Positions 9,804-19,013 of a DNA stretch of 64,000 bases are shown here, in pieces. This stretch comes from Candidatus Saccharimonadia bacterium (GTDB lineage: Bacteria > Patescibacteriota > Saccharimonadia > CAILAD01 > BJGX01), in contig JBCLLN010000003.1 of the NCBI GenBank assembly GCA_039738635.1, positions 259 through 64,258 on the forward strand, in the 5' to 3' direction. Numbering within the stretch: the first letter of the stretch is position 1; each line of letters starts with the position of its first letter. Made by a program: the position numbers and the translations under genes. Under the pieces are notes generated by a model. It was given only the letters and a program-made list of their open reading frames with translations, ran no database searches and was not told where the DNA came from.

Positions 9804-10794
9804 CTAGCATGGTCCGTTTATAAAAATATAGCCCGACTGGCAAAAACATCCAAAACGCAATCATTCTATATACAACCGCCGAGGAGAAGCTAACATCAAA
9901 GCCCATCCCTAGCCCCGAGAGAACAGCTACCAAGCCTATCTCAAAAATACCAATTCCAGACGAAAATACAGATAGCACCGAGGCCATTAGGGCCACCAAG
10001 AAGGCCGCTATAACTACCCCGGGATTTATAAAGACTCCGAATGCCATAATCACCATATAGAGTGATGCGATATCAATTACGAGGGTAGCAAAACACCACC
10101 CAAAAGGCCCTAATAACTTTCGCCAATCCTTCCTAAACTCTGCTAGAGTCTGATAGAATTTTGTGTTTAGGTCGTGCAATTGAGGGCGGCCGAGAGCATG
10201 GCGCTTGAACTTTTTTAATACCCAATTAATTGGGCCTGTCATAAAGAACATTAACCGCTCAGCGCTTTTGGGATTTATCAGTATCCCTATAACTACTAGC
10301 GAGCCCACAAGCATTATCAGTAAAGCCATTAAGATAAGCCTAAAGCTTACTAGCTCAATTCGCTGCGAGAGCATTAGTAGTAGTAGACTAGCTAATAACA
10401 AGATAATACTAGAGATAGCCGTAAAACCCATCCAAAACGCCTGAGCAACGGTAGTTGTATGGTTATCTACCTTGTGTTTTCGTAATCTATCTCGAAACAC
10501 TACGATGCCACTAATCCCACCTGTCGGGAAGACCGTATTGGCGAAATTCATAGTTACCACGCTCCTATATAGACTGGTAAATGGCACGCTATGATTAAAC
10601 TTTTTCAAATATGAGTCAAAGTACTTGGTGTTGGCCCAATAATACAATACCCTAAGTCCTACAACGCCAAGTAACAATAATATATTAACCTTAGCAATAA
10701 CCGCCAGGAAAGGCTGAAACTCTCCAAACTGAATGATAGCCAGTAAGGTGATAGTAATAAAGGCTAAAAAAAAGAAAAAATTTCTTAGGCGCAT
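9793..10794 (-). CDS. Flippase-like / LPG-synthase-TM (UPF0104) family membrane protein
   Basis: 333 aa with about 8 TM helices. Resemblance to the UPF0104 family is by architecture only. Confidence 0.5.
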   Translation of the reverse strand: MRLRNFFFFLAFITITLLAIIQFGEFQPFLAVIAKVNILLLLGVVGLRVLYYWANTKYFDSYLKKFNHSVPFTSLYRSVVTMNFANTVFPTGGISGIVVFRDRLRKHKVDNHTTTVAQAFWMGFTAISSIILLLASLLLLMLSQRIELVSFRLILMALLIMLVGSLVVIGILINPKSAERLMFFMTGPINWVLKKFKRHALGRPQLHDLNTKFYQTLAEFRKDWRKLLGPFGWCFATLVIDIASLYMVIMAFGVFINPGVVIAAFLVALMASVLSVFSSGIGIFEIGLVAVLSGLGMGFDVSFSSAVVYRMIAFWMFLPVGLYFYKRTMLDGK

Positions 10795-10849
10795 ATTAGT
10801 ATTGTACCCTAGCTCGCTATTATATAGCTACGGGGTTTATAATAAAGAT

Positions 10850-11992
10850 ATGCAAATACTAATACTAGGGCGCGAAAAAGCCCTCTGCACTGCTGAGGCT
10901 ATGGCGCTATTTAAGGATGTTAAGCCCCTTAATGACGATATCCTTAAAATAAATCATCCTAGCGTAATTGATATTAATTTACTTGGTGGTGCCATAAAGG
11001 TAGCCAACCTCATTAAAGAAAACATCATAAGTAACCCTACTGCTATTGGGGCCCAGATATCAAGCTATATCATATCGCAAAAACCGAGCGCTAAATTTAG
11101 TTTTGGATTGAGCTACTACGGTAAATACAAAATGGCTACTAGCCCGATAGGTATAAAACTCAAGCGAGACCTCCAGCAAGCTGGCCTAAAACCGCGTTAT
11201 GTCCAGGCCAAATCCGATAATATCCTAAATGCCGCATCGGTAAAGCATAATAAGCTGATTGGTAAGGGCTACGAGATACTAATAATCCAAACTGGCCCTT
11301 CGGTGGCCCTAGCAGTTACCTCTGGCGTTCAAGATATTGATTCATATTCTCTCAGGGACTACGAAAAGCCCTGTAGAGATAGAAAAGTAGGAATGCTTCC
11401 CCCTAAATTATCTCAGATAATGATTAACCTTTCCCAGCCAACACCAAAAACCATTATTGTAGATCCTTTCTGCGGATCGGGTGGCCTACTTTTGGAGGCT
11501 AGCCTAATGGGCCTCACTAGCCAAGGCAGTGATGTCGCGGAGGCTATGATAGAGTGCGCTAAAACGAATATTGACTGGCTAACCAAAAACTTTACCATCA
11601 AACACCCACCAGCAATCCTGACCACTCAAGATGCTACAACTAGAACATACCCCAAGACAAGTTATAATGTTGTCTCAGAAGGCTACTTAGGCCGTAATTT
11701 CCTCTCCAAGCCCACCAAACAGCTAGTAGATGAACAAATTGCAGAGCTACGAAATCTCTACCTTAATCTATTCAAAAATCTCAAAAATCAAACGCTAAGT
11801 CCAGGCGCCGTAGTGGTCTCCGCCCCATTCTGGGTTTTTGACGATCAGCTAGTGGAACTTAATATCATTGACGAGATAATTAAATTGGGCTATACTAAGT
11901 CCGAGTTTGAATCTGTCAGGCATAGCGACCTTCTCTATCATAGGGAAGGGCAATTTACAGGCCGACAGATTCTTGTTTTTAGAAATAATTAG
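10850..11992 (+). CDS. UPF0020/Trm11-like SAM-dependent RNA methyltransferase
   Basis: SAM motif I VDPFCGSGGLLLEA. I prefer the ATG at 10850 (MQILILGRE..) over the track start at 10733, which overlaps the divergent gene and a poly-A run. Confidence 0.6.
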   Translation: MQILILGREKALCTAEAMALFKDVKPLNDDILKINHPSVIDINLLGGAIKVANLIKENIISNPTAIGAQISSYIISQKPSAKFSFGLSYYGKYKMATSPIGIKLKRDLQQAGLKPRYVQAKSDNILNAASVKHNKLIGKGYEILIIQTGPSVALAVTSGVQDIDSYSLRDYEKPCRDRKVGMLPPKLSQIMINLSQPTPKTIIVDPFCGSGGLLLEASLMGLTSQGSDVAEAMIECAKTNIDWLTKNFTIKHPPAILTTQDATTRTYPKTSYNVVSEGYLGRNFLSKPTKQLVDEQIAELRNLYLNLFKNLKNQTLSPGAVVVSAPFWVFDDQLVELNIIDEIIKLGYTKSEFESVRHSDLLYHREGQFTGRQILVFRNN

Positions 11993-12004
11993 GAGAGAGA
12001 AAAT

Positions 12005-12283
12005 ATGGCACACACAAAAGCCGGGGGCTCAACAAGAAACGGCAGAGATTCACAGTCCAAGCGACTCGGCGTTAAACGCTCGGGTGGTCAGGCAGTACAA
12101 ACAGGAGATATTATTATTCGTCAAAGAGGTACTAAATTTATCGCGGGCTCTCATGTTGGAATCGGCAAAGACCACACATTATTCGCCCTACAGTCTGGAT
12201 CGGTTAAGTTTAAGACTATCAATAAACTAGCTTTTACTGGAAATAAGCAAAAAAAATCACTGGTAAGTGTGGTTAGCTCCTAA
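12005..12283 (+). CDS. rpmA: 50S ribosomal protein L27
   Basis: [24 protein letters not shown]...IIRQRGTKF is a canonical L27 N-terminus. Confidence 0.9.
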   Translation: MAHTKAGGSTRNGRDSQSKRLGVKRSGGQAVQTGDIIIRQRGTKFIAGSHVGIGKDHTLFALQSGSVKFKTINKLAFTGNKQKKSLVSVVSS

Positions 12284-12671
12284 TAATATTACGGTCCATT
12301 AGTAATTTATTGATATTATATAGTGCGTCATTGGCTGAGGTGTTGGTTTTGATTAGATAACTATCGGCTCCCAGGGCAAAAGCCTCTTGGCTATAGTCTA
12401 AGCTGGCTTTAGTGGTCAAAACGATAATCGGCACATGTGAGGTTCGACTATCGGATTTAAATAACTCAATTAATTCTAGCCCCGAAATCTTTGGCAATAT
12501 AATTTCCATCATTATAAGATCAACCGGGACATCTAATAAATACGCCATACTAGCCTCGCCGTCCTCAAAGACAATGACTTCATAGCCCTCAATTATTAGC
12601 CTTTGCTGATAGGTCATAGATAGCTCTTTATGCCCATCTATTAGGGCTATCTTAGGACTGCTCTTTAGCAT
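12273..12671 (-). CDS. Stand-alone response-regulator receiver domain protein
   Basis: CheY-like pattern: IALIDG.., [30 protein letters not shown]. No output domain. The start is ambiguous (12671 or 12710) and overlaps the pyrG 3' end. Confidence 0.7.
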   Translation of the reverse strand: MLKSSPKIALIDGHKELSMTYQQRLIIEGYEVIVFEDGEASMAYLLDVPVDLIMMEIILPKISGLELIELFKSDSRTSHVPIIVLTTKASLDYSQEAFALGADSYLIKTNTSANDALYNINKLLMDRNIIRS

Positions 12672-14292
12672 ATTGGCTGGCCCTGACTGTGTTAGTACGC
12701 TTGACGGCAATTATAAAATCCTTAAATAAAGGATGGGGCTTATTGGGTCTAGATTTGTACTCTGGGTGGAACTGGGATGCAACAAAAAACGGATGCTCGC
12801 TATGTTCTACTATCTCCACCAGCTTGTCGTCTGGGGAGAGTCCAGCAATCACCAGGCCAGCTTGCTCAAGAGTTTCGCGGTAATTATTATTAAACTCGTA
12901 ACGATGCCTGTGCCGTTCAACTACCATAGGAGTTTTATAGGCCAAAAATGAGCGTGAATTTTTATTAAGTATGGCCTTGTAATTACCCAGCCTCATACTC
13001 CCACCAAGATCAACCCCAAGTTGATTGGGCATAATATGAATTACTTGGTTTTTAGCCATCGGGTCAATTTCGCTGCTATTAGCCTTTGGGTCACCAAGCA
13101 CATGCCTAGCAAACTCAATGACTGCTACTTGCATGCCTAGACACAGTCCAAAGTAGGGTAATTTGTTCTCTCGGGCATATTTAGCGGCTACAATCATCCC
13201 CTCCACCCCTCTAGCACCAAAACCACCGGGGACTACTATTCCATCTAGCAGTCCAAGCATACTCTGGCAGGTATTTGAATCAAGCTTTTCGGCATCAATC
13301 CAGGCAATTTCGATATTTAAATTATGGTGCCAGCCAGCCGACTTAAGGGCTTCAAAAACGCTCAAGTATGTATCCTCATTGCTCATATACTTTGCAATTA
13401 CCCCAACTCTGACAGAAGGTTTTATGGACTTTATCTTGACCACCATGTCCTCCCAATCCTTAAGTTGAGGTTTACGACAAACCATAGCTAGCCTGCCACA
13501 GATATAATCCCCTATGCCGGCCTCTTCCATCCTTAAGGGCACTTCATAGACTGTTTTAGAATTAGGCAGGGCCACGATTGCGTCCTTATCAACATCGCAG
13601 TACAGGCTCAATTTATCAAATGCCTCGGCATTTATTGGCTCATCTGAGCGAACACAGAGAATGTCGGGCTGAACGCCAGCCTCTCGTAAGGCCCTGACGC
13701 TATTTTGAGCTGGTTTGGTCTTAAATTCCTTACTTACCACCAAATAAGGCACATAGACTACATGAGCATATAGTACATTCTGCTCGCCGACCTTGCGTTT
13801 CATTTGCCTAATAGACTCAACCCAAGCCATTGCCTCGTAATCTCCAACTGTTCCTCCGACCTCGGCGATATGCACATCACTGCCATCACCAGAAATGATA
13901 ATTTGGTTCATAATCTCATTGGTGATGTGTGGGATTATCTGGACTGTTTTCCCAAGATACGCTCCTTTGCGTTCGTCGCTGAGAATTTTAGAGTATATCT
14001 TACCACTCATGGTTGATGACTTTTTAGTAAGCTCGCGATCAATAAACCTCTCATAGTGGCCGAGGTCTAGGTCGGTTTCACCACCATCACAAGTCACAAA
14101 TACCTCACCATGCTCTGATGGATTAAGTGTGCCAGCATCCATATTAAGATAAGGGTCGCACTTTTGCATAGTCACCTTTAGCCCTCGAGCCGAGAGTAGC
14201 TTGCCAAACGAGGCGGCTGTAATACCCTTGCCTAGACCAGAAATTACTCCGCCAGTGACAAAGATATACTTGGTTGATGGTTTTGTTTTCAT
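12652..14292 (-). CDS. pyrG: CTP synthase
   Basis: 546 aa. YIFVTGGVISGLGKG N-terminus and GATase motif GLCLGMQ. Confidence 0.95.
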   Translation of the reverse strand: MKTKPSTKYIFVTGGVISGLGKGITAASFGKLLSARGLKVTMQKCDPYLNMDAGTLNPSEHGEVFVTCDGGETDLDLGHYERFIDRELTKKSSTMSGKIYSKILSDERKGAYLGKTVQIIPHITNEIMNQIIISGDGSDVHIAEVGGTVGDYEAMAWVESIRQMKRKVGEQNVLYAHVVYVPYLVVSKEFKTKPAQNSVRALREAGVQPDILCVRSDEPINAEAFDKLSLYCDVDKDAIVALPNSKTVYEVPLRMEEAGIGDYICGRLAMVCRKPQLKDWEDMVVKIKSIKPSVRVGVIAKYMSNEDTYLSVFEALKSAGWHHNLNIEIAWIDAEKLDSNTCQSMLGLLDGIVVPGGFGARGVEGMIVAAKYARENKLPYFGLCLGMQVAVIEFARHVLGDPKANSSEIDPMAKNQVIHIMPNQLGVDLGGSMRLGNYKAILNKNSRSFLAYKTPMVVERHRHRYEFNNNYRETLEQAGLVIAGLSPDDKLVEIVEHSEHPFFVASQFHPEYKSRPNKPHPLFKDFIIAVKRTNTVRASQYAKEQS

Positions 14293-14373
14293 AAAACTCT
14301 ACCCCCACTTAACTATTCTACTAATCATAACTCCTATGATTGGTGCTGGTCAAGAATAATATTGAATTACTCT

Positions 14374-14401
14374 ACTGGACTTACCTTAGGATTACTAGCT
14401 G
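14374..14401 (-). repeat. 28-nt conserved 3' element of the LRR-like repeat-protein family (copy 1)
   Basis: ACTGGACTTACCTTAGGATTACTAGCTG is identical to 53183-53210. Both copies lie just downstream of the ancestral stop codon of the family genes. Confidence 0.7.
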
Positions 14402-14431
14402 GAAGTAGTAGGGTTCTAGAGGATTTTCTAT

Positions 14432-14535
14432 CTAATAAATATTTAAATTAGGGTATTTAGCGCGGAGAGCAGTTTTTTCGGCTTCGCTGAGGCTCTCGAG
14501 CCGGAGGTAGCCACCGATGGTAGTGGGGGTGGGGG
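14432..14535 (-). pseudogene. Out-of-frame orphaned 3' tail of the 14536-16443 gene
   Basis: The frame offset by 2 nt reads TPTPTTIGGYLRLESLSEAEKTALRAKYPNLNIY*. This is homologous to the paralog's C-terminus TTIGGDLYLDSLPRSDKQALRDKYPHLKDKI*. Confidence 0.7.
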
Positions 14536-16443
14536 TTATAGGTCCTCGGCGCTTTCGAGGCTGATGAACCAGAGGTCACCACCGATGGTGGTGGGAAGGG
14601 TTAGGCCCTCGGCGGTGGTGAGGCTCTCGAGCCAGAGGTCACCACCGATGGTGGTGGGGAGGGTTAGGCCCTCGGCGGTGGTGAGGCTGTTGAGGCTGAG
14701 GCCACCACCGATGGTGGTGGGGAGGGTTAGGTCCTTGGCGCTGGTGAGGCTGTTGAGCCAGAGGTCACCACCGATGGTGGTGGGGAGGGTGAGGCCCTCG
14801 GCGCTGGTGAGGCCGTGGAGGTCGAGGTCGCCACCGATGGTGGTGGGTAGGGTTAGGCCCTCGGCGCTGGTGAGGCCGTGGAGGTCGAGGTCGCCACCGA
14901 TGGAATTAGGTAGGGTGAGGCCCTCGGCGCTGGTGAGTCTGTCGAGGTTGAGGCCGCCACCAATGGTGGTGGGGAGGGTTAGGCCTTCGGCGCTGGTGAG
15001 GCTGTGGAGGTCGAGGCCGCCATGATGGTAGAGTATGCCACCACTTAAGGCCTCTTCTTCGGTGATGCTTATTTTAGCTTCAGCTACGCCCAGCACAAGA
15101 GACAAATCAGCCTTATTATCTCTATCAGCAACTATCTGCTCTATTCTGGGGTCTCGTTCATAGCCAAAGCCCTCTATTCTGCCATCTAGTTCGTAGAGGA
15201 ATCTGAGATCTTGATTGGTAAGTTCGGCACTGGCAGTATGGCGGATATAGATATCTGTCAGCTTTTGCATGTCGGCCGACTTCTTCTTGTAAGGCTCGGC
15301 GCCCTGGGGGTCTACCTCATTCATCTTGGCCTCCGCAATCGGTAGGAGTGGGCCTTCCATGTTTTGGTCAGCTTCAATGCCCCTTATTTCACCAATGCCT
15401 CCACCATCCATTCGTATCGCCACCCTCGGTACGGTGTACTGCCCATCTTCGCTTTTGCTGTAATAGACATAGAAGTCTCCAGCCGATAACTGACTAGCTG
15501 CCATACCCTCACCAGCTGTGCACCAGCCGGTTCCATAACCGTGCAGACTATGGGCCAGCTCTTTGGCTTGCTCGGGATCATCAGTTTGGTCGAATTTAAC
15601 CCACTCTCCGTCTGTCACAGCTAGATTTTCGGCAGTTTTAGGGGCGGCATAATCTATGGTGCGTTGATAGAGGCTAGCAAAGTTAGAGTCTTTATCCAAT
15701 AGGGCTTTCATTGCTGGATCTATTTCAGCTTCGGGGTGGTTGGGGTCAAGCTGCCTCAAGCCATAGTGTTTGGCTAGGCTGTCTTCCATATATGCTAAGG
15801 CTTCACGATTAATGTCTGGGAATGGTGCCGTAGTGCTTTTGGATCGTTTGGGGAATTCGCCTGCTTCTTTGTCGAATTGAGCCAGCTTAGTGATGTTACG
15901 AAATAGATAGTACTTAAACCACATGGGATAGGTGGCATCGTCGCTGGTGAGATAATCTACCCACCTATCAAGGCTTTGTTCTTGGTCTTGGCGGATAGTT
16001 TGGCGGGTTTGTTCAATAACTTCATGATTAACGCGTCTCATAATATCTTCGGTCAGACCGTGGCCTTGGTTTTGGGCTATTTGGGCCTCGTGGTGGAGTT
16101 TGCGCCCCACCGACTTGTCATCGGTACCTGTGATGTAGGCGCGATGGTAACTTTCTTTAATGCGTTCCAACACTTTGGGCTGAGCCTCTTGGCGTTCGGG
16201 GCTGGCTCCACGGCTAGTGTGGATACGCTCCAAGTCTTGCAGCCAGGCTTCAATCCTTAGTGCCGGTTCATTGGGTATTCTTTCTGTTTTGTGTCGTCGC
16301 TGTTCGACTGAGTGTTCTACGACAGGAGATTTTTGAAGATCTGAGTATTTAGCATGCAATAACCCAGCACCAGCCAGCTCTTCTTTGCTAGGGCTAGGAG
16401 TGGAAGGACCTTGGGGGTTTTGGTCTGGAAACTGCTCTGGCAT
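14536..16443 (-). CDS. Leaderless 635-aa protein with 7.3 C-terminal 21-residue LRR-like repeats; prematurely terminated by a 2-nt insertion
   Basis: Repeat unit LTSAEGLTLPTTIGGDLDLHG (63-nt period). The N-terminal 470 aa are unassigned. The GWCTAGEG...FYVYYS...VAIRM..IGEIRG block is vaguely PcfJ-like, which is a weak recollection only. GC is visibly higher than the flanks. Confidence 0.65.
   Translation of the reverse strand: MPEQFPDQNPQGPSTPSPSKEELAGAGLLHAKYSDLQKSPVVEHSVEQRRHKTERIPNEPALRIEAWLQDLERIHTSRGASPERQEAQPKVLERIKESYHRAYITGTDDKSVGRKLHHEAQIAQNQGHGLTEDIMRRVNHEVIEQTRQTIRQDQEQSLDRWVDYLTSDDATYPMWFKYYLFRNITKLAQFDKEAGEFPKRSKSTTAPFPDINREALAYMEDSLAKHYGLRQLDPNHPEAEIDPAMKALLDKDSNFASLYQRTIDYAAPKTAENLAVTDGEWVKFDQTDDPEQAKELAHSLHGYGTGWCTAGEGMAASQLSAGDFYVYYSKSEDGQYTVPRVAIRMDGGGIGEIRGIEADQNMEGPLLPIAEAKMNEVDPQGAEPYKKKSADMQKLTDIYIRHTASAELTNQDLRFLYELDGRIEGFGYERDPRIEQIVADRDNKADLSLVLGVAEAKISITEEEALSGGILYHHGGLDLHSLTSAEGLTLPTTIGGGLNLDRLTSAEGLTLPNSIGGDLDLHGLTSAEGLTLPTTIGGDLDLHGLTSAEGLTLPTTIGGDLWLNSLTSAKDLTLPTTIGGGLSLNSLTTAEGLTLPTTIGGDLWLESLTTAEGLTLPTTIGGDLWFISLESAEDL
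14539..15027 (-). repeat. Coding tandem repeat, 63-nt unit x about 7.3
   Basis: Periodic GGTCACCACCGATGGTGGTGGGGAGGGTTAGGCCCTCGGCG units seen directly. The antisense shadow ORF 14564-15025 has the same period. Confidence 0.85.
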
Positions 16444-16510
16444 TTGTTATAACCTTGTTTGTTAGTATATTATAGTCTTTAATAATAGTTATTATGCTTT
16501 ATATGTAGTT

Positions 16511-16540
16511 ATTATACTATGGCTATTATGGCTATAGCAA
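16511..16540 (-). promoter_or_regulatory. Sigma70-like promoter conserved between the two repeat-protein genes
   Basis: Minus strand reads TTGCTA - 18 nt - TATAAT. The surrounding ~45 nt align at ~38/45 with 53931-53970. Confidence 0.5.
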
Positions 16541-16616
16541 AAAGCCATTACCTAGGTCAATATGACCGAGTGAAAAATTGTTTTATCTATAAGCAGATGT
16601 ATCCGTTCCAGTCTAT

Positions 16617-17825
16617 TTATCTGCTCTGCTTGGCAAGCTCAATAGCACGATCAAGCTGAGGATCAATACCGGCATCGGAGTCTTTAGTAGTTAGCCCCAC
16701 CTCAACCGTGGGCTTAATGCCCTCCTTGCTAATATCAACTCCATTAGGCGTGTACCAATGCGCCACAGTAACCTTGACTGAAGCGCCCTTGCAGTTTGAA
16801 CTAAAAAGAGTACTCTCGATGCACACAACTTCCTGAACACTTCCCTTGCCATATGTTTTTTCGCCAACCAGTGTTGCCCGCTTGTTATCATTTAGTGCAC
16901 CGGCCAGGATTTCGGAGGCTGATGCACTCCCGCGGTTAATTAGCACAATAATTGGCAGATTAGTCATAGTCCCACCTTCTGTGGCATTATGGCTTTTGGG
17001 CTTAGATTTGCTGGAGCGTTCCTGCACCACCAAGCCACTACTCATAAACTCCGATGCCACCCCCACGGAGGATTCCAAATACCCTCCAGGATTATCACGC
17101 ACATCAACTATAATTGCCTTAGCGCCATCTCTTATGAGTGACTTGCCGGCACTACGCACTAGCTCTGTGGTATCATCTCCAAATCTTCTAATTTTAATGT
17201 AGCCAATTTTATCTGGCTTAAGCTCATGGGTAACACTCGGGAAAGTTATAATGTCCCTTGTAATTGTTATCTCCTTAGGTGGTTCGCTACCTCTAATAAT
17301 ACCTAGCTTAACATCCGTGCCCTTATCTCCTCTAATGCGAGCTACGGCCTCGTCAATAGTAAGCCCAGCCGTATCTACTCCATCTATTGAGATGATATAA
17401 TCACCAGATTTAATTCCGGCCTTAGACGCTGGCGTACCATCAACGGGTGCAATCACAGTCAATTTACCAGCCTTCTGGCCTACTTCAATACCGATACCAG
17501 ATATCTCACCTTTAAGGTCATCGGCCAGCTCTTTATTGGATTTTTCATCCAGGTACACAGTATATGGATCGCCAAGAGAAGCAACTGCTCCGGCTGCCGC
17601 ACCTTCACTCATCTTAGAGTAGTCAATATTTCCATCATATTTTTGGCTTAATACTGACTTGACATTATAGAGCAGGCTGGTGTCTAGGCCCTTAGTATGG
17701 GTTAGGATTGTAATGGCCATGCTAGCTACCCAAAATGACAATAGGCCTAGCCCAAAGCTAATAATGCCAATGGTCAGCTGTTTTTTAATACCTTTAGTGG
17801 GTTTGGGTGGAATTGGCGCGTTCAT
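16617..17825 (-). CDS. ctpA: S41-family C-terminal processing peptidase with PDZ domain
   Basis: N-terminal TM, PDZ domain (GIKSGDYIISIDG), catalytic-region RGSASASEILAGAL and downstream K. Confidence 0.85.
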   Translation of the reverse strand: MNAPIPPKPTKGIKKQLTIGIISFGLGLLSFWVASMAITILTHTKGLDTSLLYNVKSVLSQKYDGNIDYSKMSEGAAAGAVASLGDPYTVYLDEKSNKELADDLKGEISGIGIEVGQKAGKLTVIAPVDGTPASKAGIKSGDYIISIDGVDTAGLTIDEAVARIRGDKGTDVKLGIIRGSEPPKEITITRDIITFPSVTHELKPDKIGYIKIRRFGDDTTELVRSAGKSLIRDGAKAIIVDVRDNPGGYLESSVGVASEFMSSGLVVQERSSKSKPKSHNATEGGTMTNLPIIVLINRGSASASEILAGALNDNKRATLVGEKTYGKGSVQEVVCIESTLFSSNCKGASVKVTVAHWYTPNGVDISKEGIKPTVEVGLTTKDSDAGIDPQLDRAIELAKQSR

Positions 17826-17835
17826 AATTTATTTA

Positions 17836-18945
17836 TTAAAAATGAATAAACTCTAGCCCAGCAATATCTACATCACTAGTCGAATAGTTTCCAGTGAAGT
17901 TGAAATTGTACTGGCTGACATGCACTGTATTGTTTACCCAGTCTATACTCTCCACATACATGGTGTGGCCCCACTCACCAACACTAGAAATTGCAACATC
18001 GCCTACTCGTGGGTTGCCATCGACAGGTATGCTATTAGCTCTGGCGATGCCTGGCCACTGTTTGGCGTTCGCTGGAATATACATTTCACCCCATTTGGGC
18101 ATACGACGGCCGGAGGCTGCTACCTTCCAGGCGGTGTAGCTAGTGCATTGTCGCAGATAGAACCCCCAATCATCTGCATCGTATGTTCCATATGGTGCAT
18201 TAGCCCAGGGGTAGCCACCACTACCACCAGTCCGCACATTACGCGAGAAAGAACTAATAATAGCTGCTTGCTGGCGCTTAAGGCTGGCTATCTTGTTATT
18301 ATCTTCACCTATCACCCTGTTATAATTAGATTCCTCGCCCTGCGTTCGGGCTAGTAGGCTCTGTTGCTCGGCTCGCTTGGCGGCTATTTGATCAACAGTT
18401 GATTTTTGCTGAGTGGATTGGGCCCCAAGCTGGGCTTTCTTGGTATCTAGGAGGTTTTTAAGCTCATCAATCTTTACTAGGTTGCCATCAACCTTACGCT
18501 TGATGGCAGTAAGATACTGTTGCTGCGCCACAAAATCACTAAGATTCTTACTCGATGCTATCACTTCTAATGGGGTAATATCCCCTGTTTTATATATCAT
18601 TCGCAAATTATTGCGCAAGATATCTTTCTGGACTTCCATCTCCCGTGTGGCTTGGTCAATATTAGCCTGGGTCCGCTTAACTTCAAGATTGGTAAGGTCA
18701 AGTAATTGCTGGGCAGCTGCTATTTCGGCATCTATAGCAGTAATTTTGCCTTTCAGCGTCGATGCCTCGGCCGACTTAACGCTAGCAGAGTCTGTGGCGA
18801 TCTTAACCTTATCTTTCAAGGCTGCTATTTGAGCATCAAATTGATCGGCCTTAACGGTAGGGCTCAACAAAGCAACCGCAACAACTGTTGCTGTGATAAT
18901 AAGCGCACTAGATATTAATTTTATTCTTTTTTTATTTAAGATCAT
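17836..18945 (-). CDS. PcsB-like peptidoglycan hydrolase (signal/TM + long coiled coil + C-terminal CHAP domain)
   Basis: Coiled-coil N-half. C-terminal CHAP features (QCTSYTAWKV ... GHTMYVESI). Directly downstream of ftsEX. ATG at 18945 (MILNKKRIKL..) preferred over 18978. Confidence 0.75.
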   Translation of the reverse strand: MILNKKRIKLISSALIITATVVAVALLSPTVKADQFDAQIAALKDKVKIATDSASVKSAEASTLKGKITAIDAEIAAAQQLLDLTNLEVKRTQANIDQATREMEVQKDILRNNLRMIYKTGDITPLEVIASSKNLSDFVAQQQYLTAIKRKVDGNLVKIDELKNLLDTKKAQLGAQSTQQKSTVDQIAAKRAEQQSLLARTQGEESNYNRVIGEDNNKIASLKRQQAAIISSFSRNVRTGGSGGYPWANAPYGTYDADDWGFYLRQCTSYTAWKVAASGRRMPKWGEMYIPANAKQWPGIARANSIPVDGNPRVGDVAISSVGEWGHTMYVESIDWVNNTVHVSQYNFNFTGNYSTSDVDIAGLEFIHF

Positions 18946-19013
18946 CACCCTCCTTAAAACATAACTATTATAACACATCAGTCCAACGATTACGATAGTT
19001 TTGAGCTATAAAT

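Noticed and set aside
10733-10849. Track start at 10733 for the methyltransferase ORF, giving an N-terminal KAKKKKKF extension.
   Set aside because: That segment overlaps the 5' end of the divergent membrane-protein gene and is encoded by a poly-A run. The ATG at 10850 gives a sensible N-terminus.
14564-15025. Plus-strand 153-aa ORF with a striking periodic sequence (RSPPMVVGRVRPSA..).
   Set aside because: It is the antisense shadow of the 63-nt coding repeats of the minus-strand gene. It has no start context or RBS.
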